Source of the DNA: a virus
Taxonomy: Duplodnaviria; Caudoviricetes
Reading direction: 5' to 3' (one strand)
DNA: 63,427 nucleotides
IMG/VR virus record: IMGVR_UViG_3300012680_000001
Span: 1 to 63,427 of that record
Shown here: in pieces, positions 6,628 to 16,394 of the stretch
Position numbering within the stretch: position 1 is the first letter of the stretch
Layout: each line of letters opens with the position of its first letter
Position numbers and translations under genes: made by a program
Notes under the pieces: generated by a model
Told to the model about the DNA's origin: nothing
Database searches by the model: none
What the model saw: the letters and a program-made list of their open reading frames with translations, nothing else

Positions 6628-6868
6628 ATAACGATACCTACTTCCTCGTCGCCTCAGTCATACTGATAGCATTTCTGACCATCTGGGCGTTCTGGCCCGT
6701 AGATGTGAATACCGTGCAGTCAAGAATCACCAGAGGAAGGAACTAGACATGGCTCGTAAGTATCGTGAGGTCACCTATCAAGAGGCCGTCGGTATCGGAT
6801 TTATGGGATGGATTATTCGCATCATCCTCTTCATCATCGTGCTGGCGATCATCGGGGCAATGCTCTAG
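6624..6868 (+). CDS. Two small single-pass membrane proteins (about 6624-6746 and 6749-6868)
   Basis: MNNDTYFLVASVILIAFLTIWAFWP... and MARKYREV...GWIIRIILFIIVLAIIGAML; closely coupled starts. Confidence 0.5.
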
Positions 6869-6904
6869 CGGAGCGCGGATCGCTGGGAATTCAGGGGAAT
6901 ACGC

Positions 6905-6936
6905 GTAAACGCCGGAGTGGGGGCTCCGGCGTTTAC
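6905..6936. terminator. Hairpin between convergent operons, probably a bidirectional terminator
   Basis: 13-bp stem gtaaacgccggag/ctccggcgtttac. Confidence 0.7.
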
Positions 6937-6989
6937 TATGACGGAGAAAAACGGGGCGCTACGGAGGCGGCCTAGCGCCGCAGGTGATA

Positions 6990-7334
6990 TCAGGGAGGTG
7001 GGGAAAGCGTTGGAACGCCCGTCGTGTTCGCGGCATTGCTGACCGCGATCTTGGCTGCCGAACGGGGCGAGAACGCAGAGAGCCGTCCCCAGAGCGCGTT
7101 CACCGCAGAAATGATGATAGGCGCGAGCACGAACAGGGCGACGGTGATGCTGCCGACCTGATCGACAATGATATCTCGCTGATCCTCTGAGATAAGCCCG
7201 AACGCGCCCAGTGCAATACAGATCGATGTGACGATCCCGACTACGGCGGCCTTCGCCACGAGCGGCTCGGTATTGAGAAACGAGTCGTCTCTCGCCTGCG
7301 CGACGACTTCCTGTCCCGTCTTCTGCTCACTCAT
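6990..7334 (-). CDS. Holin
   Basis: Two TM segments (EPLVAKAAVVGIV...; ITVALFVLAPII...) directly after the endolysin. Confidence 0.7.
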   Translation of the reverse strand: MSEQKTGQEVVAQARDDSFLNTEPLVAKAAVVGIVTSICIALGAFGLISEDQRDIIVDQVGSITVALFVLAPIIISAVNALWGRLSAFSPRSAAKIAVSNAANTTGVPTLSPPP

Positions 7335-8812
7335 GAAGCTACCTCCTTCGTTCCTGTCTCCGGTATTCTACTCCCAATGGATGTCACCCAAAACCATACT
7401 CCGTCCGTGCCGAGCGCCTTCGTGCCAGCTTGAAATTTCTCCCCCTTCCTCAGCGGCGCGCGCACCGGGTCCGCCTCGGGATTCGCGTATTGCAGTACCG
7501 GCACACTCTCCGCCACCACCTCCACCCATACTTCTGGATTATCGTCGCTCAGCACGAACGGCTGCCGCTCAGCGTAGATCGTCGGGGCGGAGCCGCCCAT
7601 AGCCTCGATCAGCGCCGGCCCGGGATCAAGCAGCCAGTAGGAACCATTCCTAAGAACACTCACCTCGATATGCACATGAGGACCGTTCATGCCCCCACTC
7701 GTGACGACCGGCTGCCCGGCTGTCACCCGCTGCCCCGGCGTCACCAGCGCTTGGTTGCAATGACCGAGCGTAAGCTTGTGCCCCGAGTCACCAAAAATGG
7801 TGATATTCCCCACCCCGCCGGAAATAGTATCGGCATAGGCGCCGCACCCTTGTCCCCAGCGCGGAGTGCCGCGACTCCCGACACAATCGACTACGCCACT
7901 GATAGGGGTAAAGAGTTTCGTTCCGAGCGGTAGGCTGACATCGTAGCCGGTGTGCTGTGTCGCTCGACTGGTGCCGTGCCCCACCCCATAGGCGTAATAG
8001 TTGAGCCCCGCATCCGCGCCCCACCCATAGTCAACCGGTGGATACGATGCCCCACCCACAATCATGTCGATCACCTGCTTCACCGTGAGAGGTTTTGGTT
8101 TTGGCGGCGGGGTGGGAGCGGTTCCGCCTGCCGCCGCATCAATCTGCCGCATTAGCTCGTGCAGGTCCGAGAGGTACTGCCGTTGGGTGTGCCCGTCCGG
8201 ACCCTTCACATCGAGCCCGCCCGCGATCGGATAGTAGGATGATAGGAAAATATCCTCTGGCGTGCCCGTCTTCCCGCTCTTGCCACCGAGCACGTAGGCG
8301 GCGATAGCGACTTGCCCATCCGCGCTCTTGATCGAGACGCCGAGGTCTTTGGCCACCTGATCCCATGGCGTCCAGTAGCCCGCGCCGAACTCTTGCGAGG
8401 TGAGTTGCATCGGTCCCCAGTTGGGGTATCCGTTGCCGTTCGGAATCAACTGCCCACCCGATTCGATAACCATGATGGCTTTGAGCATCGCCGCAGGAAC
8501 GCCATAGAGGCCTCCCCAGCGCACGAAGGAGGCATCATACGCATTGACCGTCGCCCATGGCCCGCCGCGCCCGTAGGCGATCTGTAGCGGGCCGCCGATC
8601 GTGCCGGTTGGCGCGCCAAGTGTCGCCGTGGATGGTTCGGGTTCTGGCTCTGGTCTAGGCGGTGGGACAGGGTCAATCTTTGGGGGCTTGGGGCGCCTCG
8701 GGGGTTTTACCGGGATGGGGGCAGGTGTAGCGCCCGGGTCCTTCGACGGCTTCTTGCGAATCGTACCCATCATTCGGCCTCGATCTCGGCTTGATAGATT
8801 GGGGCTTTCCAT
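7331..8812 (-). CDS. Endolysin: lysozyme/SLT-like domain + M23 peptidase + C-terminal SH3-like domain
   Basis: LKAIMVIESGG...GPMQL; HTGYD and GPHVHIE M23 motifs; Pro-rich N-terminus. Confidence 0.85.
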   Translation of the reverse strand: MESPNLSSRDRGRMMGTIRKKPSKDPGATPAPIPVKPPRRPKPPKIDPVPPPRPEPEPEPSTATLGAPTGTIGGPLQIAYGRGGPWATVNAYDASFVRWGGLYGVPAAMLKAIMVIESGGQLIPNGNGYPNWGPMQLTSQEFGAGYWTPWDQVAKDLGVSIKSADGQVAIAAYVLGGKSGKTGTPEDIFLSSYYPIAGGLDVKGPDGHTQRQYLSDLHELMRQIDAAAGGTAPTPPPKPKPLTVKQVIDMIVGGASYPPVDYGWGADAGLNYYAYGVGHGTSRATQHTGYDVSLPLGTKLFTPISGVVDCVGSRGTPRWGQGCGAYADTISGGVGNITIFGDSGHKLTLGHCNQALVTPGQRVTAGQPVVTSGGMNGPHVHIEVSVLRNGSYWLLDPGPALIEAMGGSAPTIYAERQPFVLSDDNPEVWVEVVAESVPVLQYANPEADPVRAPLRKGEKFQAGTKALGTDGVWFWVTSIGSRIPETGTKEVAS

Positions 8813-8834
8813 GAACCGAATACCATATCAGCCA

Positions 8835-9158
8835 TCATTCCGACCCCAGCGCTAGACAGTCGCCGACCGACGCATCCTCTAACGCCGCCGTCGCGCTCGT
8901 GGAGAATGTGCCAATCTCTGTACGTACCCCATCCGCGTTGCGCACGAACACAACGAGTGTATCTGTCGTGCTGTCGAGGGTGATGCGGCGTTCGATGACG
9001 CAGGCCGAGAGCGGCTCAATCGCCGGCACCTCGAGCTCGTACTCTCCCCAGTTCACCGTCACTGTCGCCTCTCCGTCGCCGGGGTCAAGCGGCTCCTGCG
9101 CGGAGGCAACTAGCGCGCCCGGGATGAGCAGGGCCGCGAGGGCCAGCAGCCGTATCAT
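8835..9158 (-). CDS. Secreted hypothetical protein
   Basis: Signal peptide MIRLLALAALLIPGALVASAQ. Confidence 0.55.
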   Translation of the reverse strand: MIRLLALAALLIPGALVASAQEPLDPGDGEATVTVNWGEYELEVPAIEPLSACVIERRITLDSTTDTLVVFVRNADGVRTEIGTFSTSATAALEDASVGDCLALGSE

Positions 9159-9282
9159 GCCTTTCTCCTTTTTCCACAATACTCGCACACTTCCCGGCGC
9201 TCTCTTTCGTACGGGTGTTGGTACGACGAGAAGCGGTGCCCAAAGATGCGGCAGAGCAAGCGTTGCAGCATGGAACCCTCGC

Positions 9283-11073
9283 TCAGCGATCGACCACGAC
9301 TGTGGCCTCCCCACCCTCGACGTAGACGAGGTGGTTCAGCGCCTCAAGACTCATGCGCGTCAGATGAGGAAAGCCGGATCCCCAGGAATTGAGGAGTGTC
9401 ACATACCCGGCATCGAGCACGCGCTTCCCCTCACTCACCGGATCAAGACACGCGGCGATCTCTTCGACGGAGCGCGCCCAGCGGTTCGTGGCGATGCCGT
9501 CCTCTGGTCGTATGAGTGGAGATTCGTCTTCGGTGCGCCAGAGGCCACGATTCCGTGCTACGTCGCAACCGGCGCGTACGCTAGTCCCATCGTAGGATTC
9601 ACCAGCCCATTCGTCGATCAGTTGCGCTTCCTTGTAGAGCCATCGCGCGTTGTAGCGGCGGCGGTTCAGGAGCGTCATCATGCGCGAGATGCCGAACCCG
9701 ACACAGTTGTGGACTCCGAAGCCTTCGGATACGTAGGAGTTATCTCCCGAGACAGCGATGTTATAGACAAAGCCCTGCCATTCCTCGTGCTCAATCGAGG
9801 ACACCTTCCTCCACATGGCCGCATCATCAATATCCGGTCGGTGTCCAGCGCCTTCAGGGATCGTGACCTCCCAGCGGTCTTGGCGTGTTGCTGCATGTCG
9901 ATTCATACTCGGCGCCGAACGCGAAATCGTCGGGAAGAGTCCTAGATCGTTAGCAATCGCGTACATTCCGAGCGCCAGATCGTGGGAAATCGAAACGCCC
10001 GCCACCTGAGTACGGCGACGGTGCCCATCTCCCGCAAGCCAACTGTCTAGCGTTGCCCTTTTCACATCATCCGAGGCATTCATGACATGAACAGGGACCG
10101 ACTTTTGCCCCGACCCGGTTCCGCAAAGACCGTGGAACACCCGCACCCAATCTATCCCGTAAAGATTGACGTTAATCGAGCCGTTGGGACGATGTTGAAC
10201 ATGGGCTTCGGCTCCGAGCGCCTCACGAATAAGCATGACGGTTTCCGCCACGAGTGTGTCTTTTTCATGGCCTCCGAATGTCCAGACGACTCTCTGCGCG
10301 GACGCTGCTCCTTCTGCAAGGTAAAGACCAAGCAATCGCCCCATCGACACTGACAAATGAATCGCCTCTGGCACCGGCGTAAAGCGAACACTAACCGCCG
10401 CCCCGCGAGCGCTTTGGTAGTGCCGTGTTCCAGTTACCATGCTGCGCGAAGGGCTACGACGCGGCACGTACGGCGTCGTGTCAATGACGTTGCACGATGC
10501 TTCGTCGTGTGATCGTGTCAGGGCAACACTGTCCCCAATAACCACTTCGGCTGCCGAAACATATCCCCTCTTGGTCAACACGGGATGTTCCGGCGTCATC
10601 CGCACCCCCGCCTGGTGCCCGCGCAAGCGAATGCGAATCAATCCCTCTTGATGCCAACGAACCATCGTCTGAAAAACCGTTCCGGTGTTTCCTTCCGCCG
10701 TTCGCACCGAATCAAGGAGTCGCAGGGATTCGATAGGAACGTACGCGCCGTCCGCTTTCCGCACCCGAGTTCCGGCAGGGAAGCAGGCGCCCTCGTGCCC
10801 CTGGTCGTAGTACTTCCACCATTCAACGTGGTCTCTCAGGGCTGGTGGCTTGAGACAGTAACAATGCCCTCCCCGCACCGGAGAGTCGAGGTCGGCGGTT
10901 GAGCCGATCCAGTAATTGCCCGAGATCTTGCGTGGCGCATCAAATCCACGATGCCACGCGGTACCCAGCACAACCGGCGTAGCCGTCGTCGGCATCGTTT
11001 CTGTCGTGAGGCTAAATCTCCGTACATGGCGCTCATCTGTCGGAGGCCTCATGCCAAGGGGGCGCTCTATCAT
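9283..11073 (-). CDS. Papain-like (C1) cysteine peptidase interrupted by an intein
   Basis: The spliced sequence reads YDQGHEGA-CVGF; C-terminal LLNSWG motif. Confidence 0.85.
   Translation of the reverse strand: MIERPLGMRPPTDERHVRRFSLTTETMPTTATPVVLGTAWHRGFDAPRKISGNYWIGSTADLDSPVRGGHCYCLKPPALRDHVEWWKYYDQGHEGACFPAGTRVRKADGAYVPIESLRLLDSVRTAEGNTGTVFQTMVRWHQEGLIRIRLRGHQAGVRMTPEHPVLTKRGYVSAAEVVIGDSVALTRSHDEASCNVIDTTPYVPRRSPSRSMVTGTRHYQSARGAAVSVRFTPVPEAIHLSVSMGRLLGLYLAEGAASAQRVVWTFGGHEKDTLVAETVMLIREALGAEAHVQHRPNGSINVNLYGIDWVRVFHGLCGTGSGQKSVPVHVMNASDDVKRATLDSWLAGDGHRRRTQVAGVSISHDLALGMYAIANDLGLFPTISRSAPSMNRHAATRQDRWEVTIPEGAGHRPDIDDAAMWRKVSSIEHEEWQGFVYNIAVSGDNSYVSEGFGVHNCVGFGISRMMTLLNRRRYNARWLYKEAQLIDEWAGESYDGTSVRAGCDVARNRGLWRTEDESPLIRPEDGIATNRWARSVEEIAACLDPVSEGKRVLDAGYVTLLNSWGSGFPHLTRMSLEALNHLVYVEGGEATVVVDR
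9706..10785 (-). mobile_element. Intein (360 aa) with a LAGLIDADG homing endonuclease
   Basis: CFPAGTRV start, TPEHPV block B, LLGLYLAEG and SWLAGDG endonuclease motifs, VYNIAV...VHN/C end. Confidence 0.95.
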
Positions 11074-11456
11074 CCCGGACCTCCTGATTCGATAAGGATG
11101 GTTCTGATGTCAACCATAGTTCCATCGGGGCGCACCACCCACACCGTTGCGACATAACGGGCGAATGTCTTGACGCCTTCAACGACGGTCTCGCGGAGCT
11201 TCGACTCAATCCGCAACGGCCACTTCACGGCGGTATTTAGGTGTAAGGCGACGTCAATGCGTTCCATCGCGTCCAGACCACCAGTGGCGTACTTCTCTGG
11301 CGCGGAGTAGTCCAGTAATCGGATATGGGGAAACGCGGCGCCATCGAACCCGACATCCGGGAGCGCAACAAACGTATCGCCGTCAACGACTCGCCACGGA
11401 TAGGCCCGAAACCGGTACAGGTGCGCCCGGTCCCAGCGCTCAACGTCGGTAATCAC
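11070..11456 (-). CDS. Thermonuclease (SNase-like)
   Basis: RVVDGDT...IRLLDYSAPE...FARYVA. Confidence 0.8.
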   Translation of the reverse strand: MITDVERWDRAHLYRFRAYPWRVVDGDTFVALPDVGFDGAAFPHIRLLDYSAPEKYATGGLDAMERIDVALHLNTAVKWPLRIESKLRETVVEGVKTFARYVATVWVVRPDGTMVDIRTILIESGGPG

Positions 11457-11698
11457 TGCTCCACCAATTCTTCTGAAAACGTGAGCGGTGAAACGTTCTG
11501 CTCTTCATACGATGTTCCCTCGATGCCGCCCGGAGAGGTTCCGGCAGGGATGGCTTGCTTAACAAGGACGCGGCGGCAATCGTTCGACACGGCGGTACAT
11601 TCCTCGAGCGTGGCATGGTAGATGGTCACATCAGCGGCTAGCCACTGGGGAGCCAGGAGCCACGCCTGTACAAGGGGGGATTCCCGCTCCTCACCCAT
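11453..11698 (-). CDS. Hypothetical protein
   Basis: Coupled ORF in the operon. Confidence 0.5.
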   Translation of the reverse strand: MGEERESPLVQAWLLAPQWLAADVTIYHATLEECTAVSNDCRRVLVKQAIPAGTSPGGIEGTSYEEQNVSPLTFSEELVEQ

Positions 11699-11903
11699 GC
11701 GTAGCTTCCTCCCTCACGTGGCGCCGTTCCAATCCGAGCGCAACGCCCTGTTCCCACGCGCGTATGAGGTCAGACGCACTGAACACAATGTGCTCATTGT
11801 CGCTGAGCCGTACCTCGCGACAGGCCGAGCACTCGCAGTTTGTCCACGCCCCGACCTGCGTATCTGGGGCGTGGAGCCACTCATCAAACACTGCGACGTT
11901 CAC
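11691..11903 (-). CDS. Hypothetical protein
   Basis: Coupled ORF with CECSAC. Confidence 0.45.
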   Translation of the reverse strand: MNVAVFDEWLHAPDTQVGAWTNCECSACREVRLSDNEHIVFSASDLIRAWEQGVALGLERRHVREEATHG

Positions 11904-11927
11904 CGCCCTACTTCCAGGTGACGCTCA

Positions 11928-12005
11928 TTAGAGATACCTCAGGAGATAGATGACGAGGATGATGACGAGAATAATGATGATGAGCTGCTTCAGAAATGGG
12001 TCCAT
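11928..12005 (-). CDS. 25-aa hydrophobic micro-protein
   Basis: MDPFLKQLIIIILVIILVIYLLRYL with an AGGGAG RBS; below the ORF-track cutoff. Confidence 0.5.
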   Translation of the reverse strand: MDPFLKQLIIIILVIILVIYLLRYL

Positions 12006-12013
12006 CTCGCTCC

Positions 12014-12583
12014 CTAGTTGAAGCACAACTCGCCGGCACACGTGCCGCCGCTCTCATAGCCAGGTCGATTCGATCCGGGACATTCGAAGTCACCCCGGCA
12101 TGGTGCCGGAACGCACTGATTGCAACGACAAACGGTTCCCGGCCGGCAGTCCTCGACGGTTACGCACGCTGGCGCATAGTCGCCCTCAACGAAACAGGTG
12201 TAGTTGATGCACACGCCGTCAATGCCACACTGCCCGTCACATCCTTCACCCCGAAGGTTGCAGCCGCATGTGCGGCAGGCGGGGCCGGGGTTGACGAAGG
12301 GCGGCTCCTCAACAGGTGGCTCTACCGGTCGGTCGGGATAAACATAGAGATCGTCTACCGGGTATTCAGGGTAGACGACCGGTTCCTCTACCGGGCGGTC
12401 GGGATAGACAACGGGTTCGGCGTCGGGTTCGACAACGGGCTCAAACGCGCGCCCAGGAACAACGCCGGGCTTCCGCTTGCGGCGGCGGGCGCTCGCGGTC
12501 TCACTTGTGCGATGCAAGGCGACTTCGGCCAACGCGACCCCAGCCAATGCGAAAAGTCCTCGTCGTCCAATATTTCGGTCCAT
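12014..12583 (-). CDS. Tat-signal, Pro-repeat, Cys-rich secreted protein
   Basis: GRRGLFALAG signal, RRRKRK, PVVYPDRPVE repeats, many Cys in the C-terminal half. Confidence 0.7.
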   Translation of the reverse strand: MDRNIGRRGLFALAGVALAEVALHRTSETASARRRKRKPGVVPGRAFEPVVEPDAEPVVYPDRPVEEPVVYPEYPVDDLYVYPDRPVEPPVEEPPFVNPGPACRTCGCNLRGEGCDGQCGIDGVCINYTCFVEGDYAPACVTVEDCRPGTVCRCNQCVPAPCRGDFECPGSNRPGYESGGTCAGELCFN

Positions 12584-12671
12584 GATGTTCTCCTTCTAGT
12601 TCGCGATACCGGCTCTCTGGCCCGCTCTATCGCGTCTACCTCTCGTGCCCATGGTGATGAGCAGACGTCTC

Positions 12672-13157
12672 TTAGCCGTTCGGTTGCCTAGGGACTGGCG
12701 AGGCAACCGGCGTTCCCATACTATTCCCCCTCCACTCGCACTCGCTCATGGGGATTGGCGTTAGGCAGACGGGGAGCGGGGTCGGCAGTTCGGGTGTCGG
12801 CTGCGGCCATTCGCAGGCGTCCCCAATCCTCGCCCCCATCCCGCAGTAGATCACCGGCACCGTCGGCACAGGTGCGTAGGTTGGAGCCGGGGTCACGACT
12901 GGCGTTGGAGCGAGGGCCGTGGATACCGCCACCGCCATCGTCACGAGTTCGACCGGAAACGCCACGGCGGAGAGGTTCTCGGAAGAGACGGATGCGGGCG
13001 CCGTCGTAGGCGCTATCTCGGGACTCGGTAGCGTCTGGGCGACCCACCAGAGGCCCACGATAGGCACTATGCAGAGCGTGAGTGTTATCAGCCATCGTTG
13101 CGCAGGCGCCACCGTCCACCATCCTATGCGCCGATCTCTGCGCAGTATAGACAGCAT
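12672..13157 (-). CDS. Membrane-anchored Pro/Thr-rich protein
   Basis: N-terminal TM segment, PTP-rich linker, CEW repeats. Confidence 0.6.
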   Translation of the reverse strand: MLSILRRDRRIGWWTVAPAQRWLITLTLCIVPIVGLWWVAQTLPSPEIAPTTAPASVSSENLSAVAFPVELVTMAVAVSTALAPTPVVTPAPTYAPVPTVPVIYCGMGARIGDACEWPQPTPELPTPLPVCLTPIPMSECEWRGNSMGTPVASPVPRQPNG

Positions 13158-13161
13158 AGAT

Positions 13162-13482
13162 CTATCCGCGTTCTAGGTGTTCATCCTCGTGGCAACGGTC
13201 TTGGCGCGGCCCCAGCGCTGACCACGCGTTGTACGCGGCAACGACGCCCATCGAGATAAAGACGTGCACCCAGATTAGCGGCACCCAGAATGAACCCGGG
13301 TCGAGCGGCACGTTGTCGCGCGTGAATAGCCGCACGCCGACCATGATCCACGCCAGCACCATCCAATTGCGCATCCACCGTGGGGCTGGTCTCGTGCAGA
13401 ACGCCGCCGAGGCTAGCATCGAGGTTATGCCGCCGACCGCGATGCCGAGGCCCGCCCACTCGATCACATTTATTGCATTCAT
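13162..13482 (-). CDS. Membrane protein (3 TM)
   Basis: Hydrophobic segments from MNAINVIEW; start overlaps the upstream stop. Confidence 0.55.
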   Translation of the reverse strand: MNAINVIEWAGLGIAVGGITSMLASAAFCTRPAPRWMRNWMVLAWIMVGVRLFTRDNVPLDPGSFWVPLIWVHVFISMGVVAAYNAWSALGPRQDRCHEDEHLERG

Positions 13483-13799
13483 CGCATGCGCTCCCGTGCC
13501 CACGCGAAGAACGCGGCGATGGCGACGATTCCGCAAGCGATCGCATAAAGTACGCCCCACAACGGCGTTCCACTCGGGTCGTGGATCACACCGTAACCGA
13601 GAATCAGGTAGATGCCGGTATCCGCAACCAACAGGAACATGCCCAGCCAGAACGGGAAGTTGCGCGGGATCGGGGCCTGGCGCGTGCTCCACCCCAACAG
13701 GAGTGAGACGACGCCCCAGACGAGCGTAGCGACTCCGGCGACAAGCAGACCGGCGCCCGCAATCGTGTCAGGGACGTCTTGGCTCAACAGTTCGATCAT
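13479..13799 (-). CDS. Membrane protein (3 TM)
   Basis: Three hydrophobic segments; coupled ORF. Confidence 0.6.
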   Translation of the reverse strand: MIELLSQDVPDTIAGAGLLVAGVATLVWGVVSLLLGWSTRQAPIPRNFPFWLGMFLLVADTGIYLILGYGVIHDPSGTPLWGVLYAIACGIVAIAAFFAWARERMR

Positions 13800-14029
13800 G
13801 GCGCGGCGCTCCGATCGCGCGCCGCGCTCAGTACGCTGGACGGGTCACCCCGCCCGCCGAGTATGCGTTTCGCATCCATAATGTCGCGTACGAACTTCGA
13901 CAGCGACGATGCGGCGGCGTTGTTCGCCCGATCCGCATCAACGAACGTCGACTGGGCCACAAACTCGCGGGCGTCGGCCTCTGTACCCATCCCTCCGTCG
14001 TCCCGCTCCTGCTCGTCAGCCATAGTCAT
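13796..14029 (-). CDS. Hypothetical protein
   Basis: Coupled ORF. Confidence 0.5.
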   Translation of the reverse strand: MTMADEQERDDGGMGTEADAREFVAQSTFVDADRANNAAASSLSKFVRDIMDAKRILGGRGDPSSVLSAARDRSAAP

Positions 14030-14571
14030 ACTCCCGGCGGCGACTGGGCACTGCGTGCTAGGCGGATGTAGGTGGCGATCTCCGCCGTATCGCGTCGCAT
14101 GTCGACGATTTCACGCTTCAGCTCGGACGTCTCGCGGAGCGTAACCTCTCGCAGTGTCGCTGCTTCGCGTTTCAATTCGGCGATCTCGCGTACCGACGAA
14201 TCCGAGCGCTCCGCTGTGCGCCTAATCTCCGCAACCGCGTCTTTTAGCACGCCTCCAAAATCCGTGATCGCCCCGGCCATACCAGAGACAAGCGCCGTCG
14301 ATTGGGACAGCCGCTCCAGCGCCGAGTCTTCGCGCACCTCTGCCTTCTCGACACGCTCGCGTTCGCGCTTCTCGCATGCGGACACGTCATCATCGCGCCG
14401 CTTTTCCGCCGACACCCGCGCGGCATCGATCGTCTCGTTCGTCTTTTTAGACGCGGCTAAGAACGCCGCGAATACGCCAGCCGTGCCCGCCGCCACCGTC
14501 GATAGGATCACCAACCAGGCTGTGCCCGACGGGCCAGATGCCTCTTGGAACAGCAGCAAGGAGGCGCTCAC
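14026..14571 (-). CDS. Membrane-anchored coiled-coil protein
   Basis: N-terminal TM segment followed by a heptad-rich region. Confidence 0.6.
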   Translation of the reverse strand: MSASLLLFQEASGPSGTAWLVILSTVAAGTAGVFAAFLAASKKTNETIDAARVSAEKRRDDDVSACEKRERERVEKAEVREDSALERLSQSTALVSGMAGAITDFGGVLKDAVAEIRRTAERSDSSVREIAELKREAATLREVTLRETSELKREIVDMRRDTAEIATYIRLARSAQSPPGV

Positions 14572-14654
14572 GGCGACCAGTTCTCACTCTCTCTTGACCT
14601 CACCATGAGACTGCCTCCTGCGATAAGGAGCTGAGTAGCGCGTCCATCATCGCC

Positions 14655-15305
14655 CTATTCTAGTATCCAGGCCCGTCGTTTGCCCGACACCGAGTCGAAC
14701 GAGAACGTCTGCGAGAACTCAATCCATCCTGGTCGCGTGGTGGTCGTGTTGCCGGCCGTCAGGTCAGTAGCATCGGTGCCGCCACGGCGAATGCCCATTG
14801 TCCCGGCGGAGCCGATACAAAACCCGCCTACCTCAAAGACAATGCGGTCACCACCCTGAATCGAGACGCTCGTGAGTGTACGCGCGCTGCTCTGAGCGCG
14901 ACCGGCAGCGGTAAAGGACATGCCGCTCGTCGCGAGAGACGTGGAGGCGCTACTGGTGTGATACAACTCCCCGCGCACGAGCGTCGTGCTCTCTCCCTGC
15001 GTCACGTACATATAACCATACAAGTCGAATCCGGTCGCGGCGCCAGCGGCATCATCTTCAATCGCGGTAAAAATTACATACGTGAAGGTGCCCGTGAGCG
15101 TAACAGGGGTGTAGATAGGGGGGCTGACAAACCGGTACCCTTCGGCGGAATTCGCTGCGAGGGGAGTGACACTGAGATTTGTGGATACGCCGGCCTTTGT
15201 CGTCGCCATCTTTTTGGTGAGCGATGCGCCCGTTTGATTCCATAGCCCTTTGCTCGTCGGGGCAATGTCCGCAGCGGCCTCGTTTAGAAATAGCCTGGTC
15301 GCCAT
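14655..15305 (-). CDS. Virion tail-associated protein
   Basis: Thr/Gly-rich beta protein directly after the tail fibre gene. Confidence 0.55.
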   Translation of the reverse strand: MATRLFLNEAAADIAPTSKGLWNQTGASLTKKMATTKAGVSTNLSVTPLAANSAEGYRFVSPPIYTPVTLTGTFTYVIFTAIEDDAAGAATGFDLYGYMYVTQGESTTLVRGELYHTSSASTSLATSGMSFTAAGRAQSSARTLTSVSIQGGDRIVFEVGGFCIGSAGTMGIRRGGTDATDLTAGNTTTTRPGWIEFSQTFSFDSVSGKRRAWILE

Positions 15306-15317
15306 TTCGCCCCCTTC

Positions 15318-16394
15318 CTAGACCGCGATCATCGTAAACTCGATGACCAGCAACGCAAATTTAGCGAGGTTATTGGCTTCGACTTCCGCGATCAGCACGT
15401 CGCCGCCAGTGAAGGTGGTCGTCCACCCGGTGAGGGTAGCGGACTCATTCTTGATAACGGCGGTGGTCGATGGCTTCGCTGCCGCCGTGATGGAGTCCGC
15501 GTTCAGCGGTGGATAGTTGACGTAAGAATCTTTCCAGACATCGAACGTCGCCGTTGCGGCTTGGTCAAGAAGAATGCGCCATCGGGTAATCGTACAGGTT
15601 CCCCAACCGACCGGAATAGAAACCATCCTGCGCGCGGTAAGTGGGATGACCGCCCCAAGCGCATCCTCGTCCCCGAACGGGAAGTTCAGCGCCTTCGTGA
15701 CCGTATGCGTATGGTCCGACTTGGACGGCGTTGCCGCCGTTCCGGTTCCTGCGGTGATGACGGCGCCAGAGAGCGAGTTCGCGGCGTCGTTGTACGTCCA
15801 GGTGACGCTGGTCGAGTTGACGTGCAGCGCAGCAACACGGTCGTCAACCAACTCTTCAAAGGTGGCGCCAGGCGCGAGGTAGTCGGTGCCTGAGATAGCC
15901 GCGCTCAGGACCCCAGCCGTCCCCTTGAGAATTCCCGTGGTTGTCGCCCGCTTGGCGGTTTTTCCGAGCGTCCCTGAAAAGAGGATGATTTCACTATCGA
16001 CCGAGACGGCGGTGTTGGATGTCAGGTCCCCCGTGCCGTTTGTTCCCGCTGGCCCAGTTGGTCCCATCGTCCCCGGTGGCGAGGTTGGAATAATGCCGGA
16101 GTAGAACGATCGCAACGACTCCAGGGTTGTGGGCGCGCCACTATCGACGGGGATATAGATCGTAAACGTCTCACCGTCGGGCATCGTCACGCGGTAATAC
16201 GTATTCAGCCCCGACGCGAGCGTCACCGATATCACGCCGAGCGTGTTCGTGTCGGCAATGATGGTATTAATTGGGAACGTCTCGTCCGGCGTCAGGGTAA
16301 ACGTGTCCGCCAAAAGCTGGAACTTCACTTGCCCCGAGGCCCAAGGCGACCCATTCGCCCGGAGAACTTTTGCCGTAACAACTCTCGTACTCAT
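15318..16394 (-). CDS. Tail fibre-like protein
   Basis: N-terminal adaptor, short collagen-like GPTGPAG stretch, SDHTH motif, C-terminal beta domain. Confidence 0.65.
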   Translation of the reverse strand: MSTRVVTAKVLRANGSPWASGQVKFQLLADTFTLTPDETFPINTIIADTNTLGVISVTLASGLNTYYRVTMPDGETFTIYIPVDSGAPTTLESLRSFYSGIIPTSPPGTMGPTGPAGTNGTGDLTSNTAVSVDSEIILFSGTLGKTAKRATTTGILKGTAGVLSAAISGTDYLAPGATFEELVDDRVAALHVNSTSVTWTYNDAANSLSGAVITAGTGTAATPSKSDHTHTVTKALNFPFGDEDALGAVIPLTARRMVSIPVGWGTCTITRWRILLDQAATATFDVWKDSYVNYPPLNADSITAAAKPSTTAVIKNESATLTGWTTTFTGGDVLIAEVEANNLAKFALLVIEFTMIAV

